From assembly GCA_903859155.1 (NCBI GenBank), contig CAIOLO010000107.1, forward strand, positions 3,177 to 67,176: a stretch of 64,000 nucleotides of DNA, read 5' to 3'. This document shows positions 63,231 to 64,000 of the stretch, in pieces (the stretch's first letter is position 1; every line of letters begins with the position of its first letter). This DNA comes from an uncultured beta proteobacterium (GTDB lineage Bacteria; Pseudomonadota; Gammaproteobacteria; Burkholderiales; SG8-39). A program made the position numbers and the translations under genes. The notes beneath the pieces were generated by a model. That model made no database searches. It saw nothing but the letters and a program-made list of their open reading frames with translations, and was not told the DNA's origin.

Positions 63231-64000
63231 GTGAACGGGATTTCATTTGTCACTCCCTACTGGTCCGGCCGGGAGATGATGCGAATTCACCTTGAATCGA
63301 TCCATCGCTACTACCCTGCGGCCCCGGTTCTGATATCGAAACGCGGCGGCGGCCTTGAGGAAATGGAGGCTTACCGGCGTGATTTCAGGGTGCAATACTG
63401 GCTTGAGGAATGCGAATTCCCGGATGCATACATAAGATTGCTGCAACGCTGCCAGTCTGAATACGTCTGCATCCTAGACCATGACGCCGTCCTTCTTGCC
63501 AGCCTGGATCCGTATCTCAAGGGATTGGCGCAAGGGCAGTACGATCTGGTTGGTGTTGAGGAGCGGATCCGGATGCCCGACAGCATCTGGAAGAGTCAAT
63601 GGCCCGAAGCGGGCGGTTGGTTGCGATTCGCACCCGGCTGTACCGCCGCCAATTTCATCATGTTCAACCTGCGCGCATTCAAGACCCGGTGGGGGCTGCG
63701 CGGGGTATGGGGAAAGAGGCCGCATGGCACGTTGCATTATGAATTCGATTATGGCATCGGCCAGAAGCTGACGAGGCAGCATCTATTGCTTCCATTCCAT
63801 GCTCGCAGGTACGGCATGGGAAATTTATTGTCGGACGACGGCAAGCCGGTGCTATGGCACCAATGGTACGGTTCTTATCGGACCCGATTGCTTGATTCTG
63901 CGCGGGAGCCGGGCAATTCGTCCGAGCCAGACGATCGCGTGGTGTACGACGTGGTGGAAAAAGGGGAGCTGGCTTTTGTCGCGGATTATCCGGCTCTTGA
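63231..64000 (+). CDS. putative glycosyltransferase, 5' partial (runs off the window)
   Basis: This ORF is not in the supplied track because no stop lies inside the window. My own translation from the GTG at 63231 (GAGGG upstream) stays open to 64000: VNGISFVTPYWSGREMMRIHLESIHRYYP...CILDHDAV...FIMFNLRAF. Confidence 0.45.
   Translation, partial: MNGISFVTPYWSGREMMRIHLESIHRYYPAAPVLISKRGGGLEEMEAYRRDFRVQYWLEECEFPDAYIRLLQRCQSEYVCILDHDAVLLASLDPYLKGLAQGQYDLVGVEERIRMPDSIWKSQWPEAGGWLRFAPGCTAANFIMFNLRAFKTRWGLRGVWGKRPHGTLHYEFDYGIGQKLTRQHLLLPFHARRYGMGNLLSDDGKPVLWHQWYGSYRTRLLDSAREPGNSSEPDDRVVYDVVEKGELAFVADYPAL

Overview
This is a 64-kb high-G+C proteobacterial segment. Its gene content (Thauera-type ATP-dependent benzoyl-CoA reductase, KorAB, many Bug/TctC binding proteins) suggests a denitrifying betaproteobacterium, but that taxonomy is inference only. 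I see three blocks. (i) About 0.1-30 kb is anaerobic aromatic catabolism. It holds a TetR regulator, a crotonase/SDR/crotonase set, and a translationally coupled acyl-CoA dehydrogenase, aryl-CoA ligase and HcrCAB-like molybdenum reductase. It also holds an unusual 1034-aa fusion (OYE reductase, Fn3-like domain, EntE-type aryl-acid ligase). On the minus strand is an operon oah-dch-bcrCBAD-fdx plus a small ORF, a GNAT and an Rrf2 regulator. Then come korAB, a rubrerythrin-like protein, RidA, an SDR and a 3-hydroxyacyl-CoA dehydrogenase. (ii) About 30-47 kb holds four UbiD-family (de)carboxylase paralogs around a 794-aa tandemly fused family-III CoA-transferase and an IclR regulator. It also holds an HpcH-type aldolase, an FAH-family hydrolase/hydratase and four Bug-family binding proteins. 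No UbiX and no TctAB are present in the window. (iii) About 47-64 kb is visibly lower in G+C. It holds a 2024-aa RTX/VCBS-repeat type-I-secretion adhesin and a glycan cluster: GT2 enzymes, an Fcl-like epimerase/reductase, a DegT aminotransferase, a radical-SAM protein and four tandem GT23/NodZ-like fucosyltransferase paralogs. I recognised no rRNA, tRNA, CRISPR array, transposase or integrase. My best candidates for undescribed biology are the OYE-Fn3-ligase fusion beside hcrCAB, the UbiD quartet with the fused CoA-transferase, and the tandem fucosyltransferase array next to the giant adhesin. Start coordinates refined from the ORF track come from codon counting. Small non-coding sites may be off by 1-2 nt.
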